DNA of 64,000 nucleotides from an uncultured Actinomycetota bacterium (GTDB lineage Bacteria; Actinomycetota; Actinomycetes; Mycobacteriales; CADCTP01): NCBI GenBank assembly GCA_963770145.1, contig CAVYOJ010000002.1, positions 39,839 to 103,838 of the forward strand, read 5' to 3'. Shown piece by piece: positions 60,633 to 64,000 of this stretch (position 1 is its first letter; each line of letters starts with the position of its first letter). The notes under the pieces were generated by a model. It saw only the letters and a program-made list of their open reading frames with translations, ran no database searches and was not told where the DNA came from. The position numbers and the translations under genes were made by a program.

Positions 60633-61422
60633 TCAGAACAGCGGCAGCCAGCCGGTCAGATCGGCCCGCTCGCCGCTGGCCCGGACGGCTCCGCCGGCCA
60701 CCGCCCCGCGCCAGTCGAGCCGGCCGGCGGCGAGCCGGATCCAGGTCAGCGGGTCGGTCTCCACGACGTTCGGCGGGGTGCCGCGGGTGTGCCGCGGTCC
60801 CTCCACGCACTGCACCGCCGCGTACGGCGGGACCCGCAGCTCCAGCGACCGGCCCGGGGCGCGGGTGGCCAGCAGGTCGGCGCAGGCCTGGGTGACCAGC
60901 CGCAGCGCGGTCCGGTCCAGCTCCACCGGGGCCTGGTCGGGCAGCGAGCGGGACAGGTCGTCGGCGTGCACGACCATCTCGATCGCCCGGGTGACCAGCC
61001 AGTCGGCCGGGCTGAGCGGGCCGCGCGGGCCGGCCACCGCGCTGGCGGCCGTGTTGCGGCGGGTCGGCCACGGCCGCGGCCGCCGCCTCGCGCTCGGCGT
61101 ACAGGCCGGCGAGGACGTCGGCCGGGTCGCGGCCGGCGGTGCCGGACAGCTCCCGCTCGAGCAGCTGCGGCGCGGCGGCGGCGTACCCGGAGACGTACCG
61201 GTCGATGCCGATCGGCTTGTCCGGGCTCGGGTCGGCCAGCACCAGGTGCGTCGCCCGCAGCGACATGGCCAGGTGCTGGGCCAGCTCGGTGATCGTCCAG
61301 CCCGGCAGCACCGACGGCGTCCGCCAGACCGATGGCGGCAGGCCGGACAGCCAGGCCGCGATCAGGTCGGCCTGGGCGATCACCGCTCGCCCGGCCTGCC
61401 CTGGGTCGACCCGCCTGGCCAT
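60633..61422 (-). pseudogene. DinB/MDMPI-like N-domain + SCP2-like C-domain protein, one +1 frame break (about 61050)
   Basis: [19 protein letters not shown] (ORF 60475-61422), then [39 protein letters not shown] (ORF 60633-61037). Confidence 0.65.
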
Positions 61423-61425
61423 CCG

Positions 61426-63646
<2,221 letters not shown>

Positions 63647-63650
<4 letters not shown>

Positions 63651-64000
63651 GCCGACACCAGCGAGGTCAGGATCGAGGTGAAGAAGCCGAGGCCGTCGGC
63701 GCTCGGGCCGGTCAGCGGGTCGACCGCGTGCTCCGGGTGCGGCATCAGGCCGACCACGTTGCCGCCGGCGTTGGCGATCCCGGCGATGTCGCGGGCCGAG
63801 CCGTTGGGGTTGCCGCCGAGGTAGCGGGCCACGACCCGGCCCTCGCCCTCGAGCTCGTCGAGGGTGCGCTCGTCGGCGACGAAGCCGCCCTCGCCGTTCT
63901 TGATCGGGATCACGACCTCCTGGCCGGCCGCGATAGCCGGCGGTCCAGGCCGTCCGCGCCTCGATCCGCAGCCGCTGGTCCCGGCAGACGAACCGGCGCA
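63647..64000 (-). pseudogene. purQ: phosphoribosylformylglycinamidine synthase glutaminase subunit PurQ (3' part; continues beyond the window), one +1 frame break (about 63940)
   Basis: [30 protein letters not shown] (ORF 63647-63913). Upstream, [11 protein letters not shown] is in another frame, with an extra C in ggctatCgcggcc. Confidence 0.85.

Overview
This is a very GC-rich actinobacterial chromosome segment (by eye >70% G+C, with strong GC3 bias in real genes) holding about 60 genes. All family calls come from motif and sequence recognition by eye; no database search was run.

Gene content, left to right:
- 1-5.8 kb: a lysX (MprF-LysRS fusion) operon coupled to a membrane metallophosphoesterase and two membrane proteins.
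- 5.8-13 kb: a CPA2 antiporter, a small SARP regulator with phased direct repeats upstream of two methyltransferases, and two alpha/beta hydrolases.
- 13-23 kb: PAP2, then a divergent 9-gene envelope-lipid/glycoconjugate-like locus. One arm is CDP-alcohol transferase, HAD and XdhC-like. The other is MDR dehydrogenase, PTPS-like, GT4, methyltransferase, flippase-like and LtaS/sulfatase-like.
- 23-33 kb: a decayed ABC-2 exporter, a CaiB+ACAD pair, a NarL-type two-component system and a large AfsR-like SARP/NB-ARC/TPR regulator.
- 33-40 kb: a form-II CoxL/S/M-like molybdoenzyme, then vapBC wedged in front of convergent CoxE (VWA) and CoxD (MoxR) genes.
- 40-45 kb: a Tet(M)/OtrA-like ribosomal-protection GTPase behind an unusual triple palindromic array, an orphan nuoD, and tRNA-Asp and tRNA-Phe.
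- 45-47.5 kb: a lower-GC patch of orphan genes and gene remnants.
- 47.5-56 kb: a second, badly broken acyl-CoA module (thiolase, GntR, MaoC, CaiB, ACAD) and an SGNH hydrolase.
- 56-64 kb: the conserved bldC-vdh-DUF3073-purF...purL-purQ neighbourhood.

Main caveat: roughly 55-60 reading-frame breaks hit about half the genes, including purF, purL, purQ and lysX. By mod-3 arithmetic on the ORF track, about 54 behave as +1 shifts (one extra base) and only about 4 as -1. That bias favours insertion-type sequence errors over natural decay, so most 'pseudogene' labels below may be artefacts.

Four larger lesions cannot be single-base errors: purM reduced to a 3' remnant, an ABC ATPase with an internal deletion, a truncated hydrolase, and a CoA-transferase tail.

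Best candidates for undescribed biology:
1. The 14.9-23.0 kb envelope locus with a catalytically degenerate PTPS-like protein.
2. The triple ACGTCTCTGC-N13-GCAGAGACGT palindrome array plus a strong-RBS upstream ORF in front of the ribosomal-protection gene.
3. The 11-bp-phased repeats next to the small SARP.
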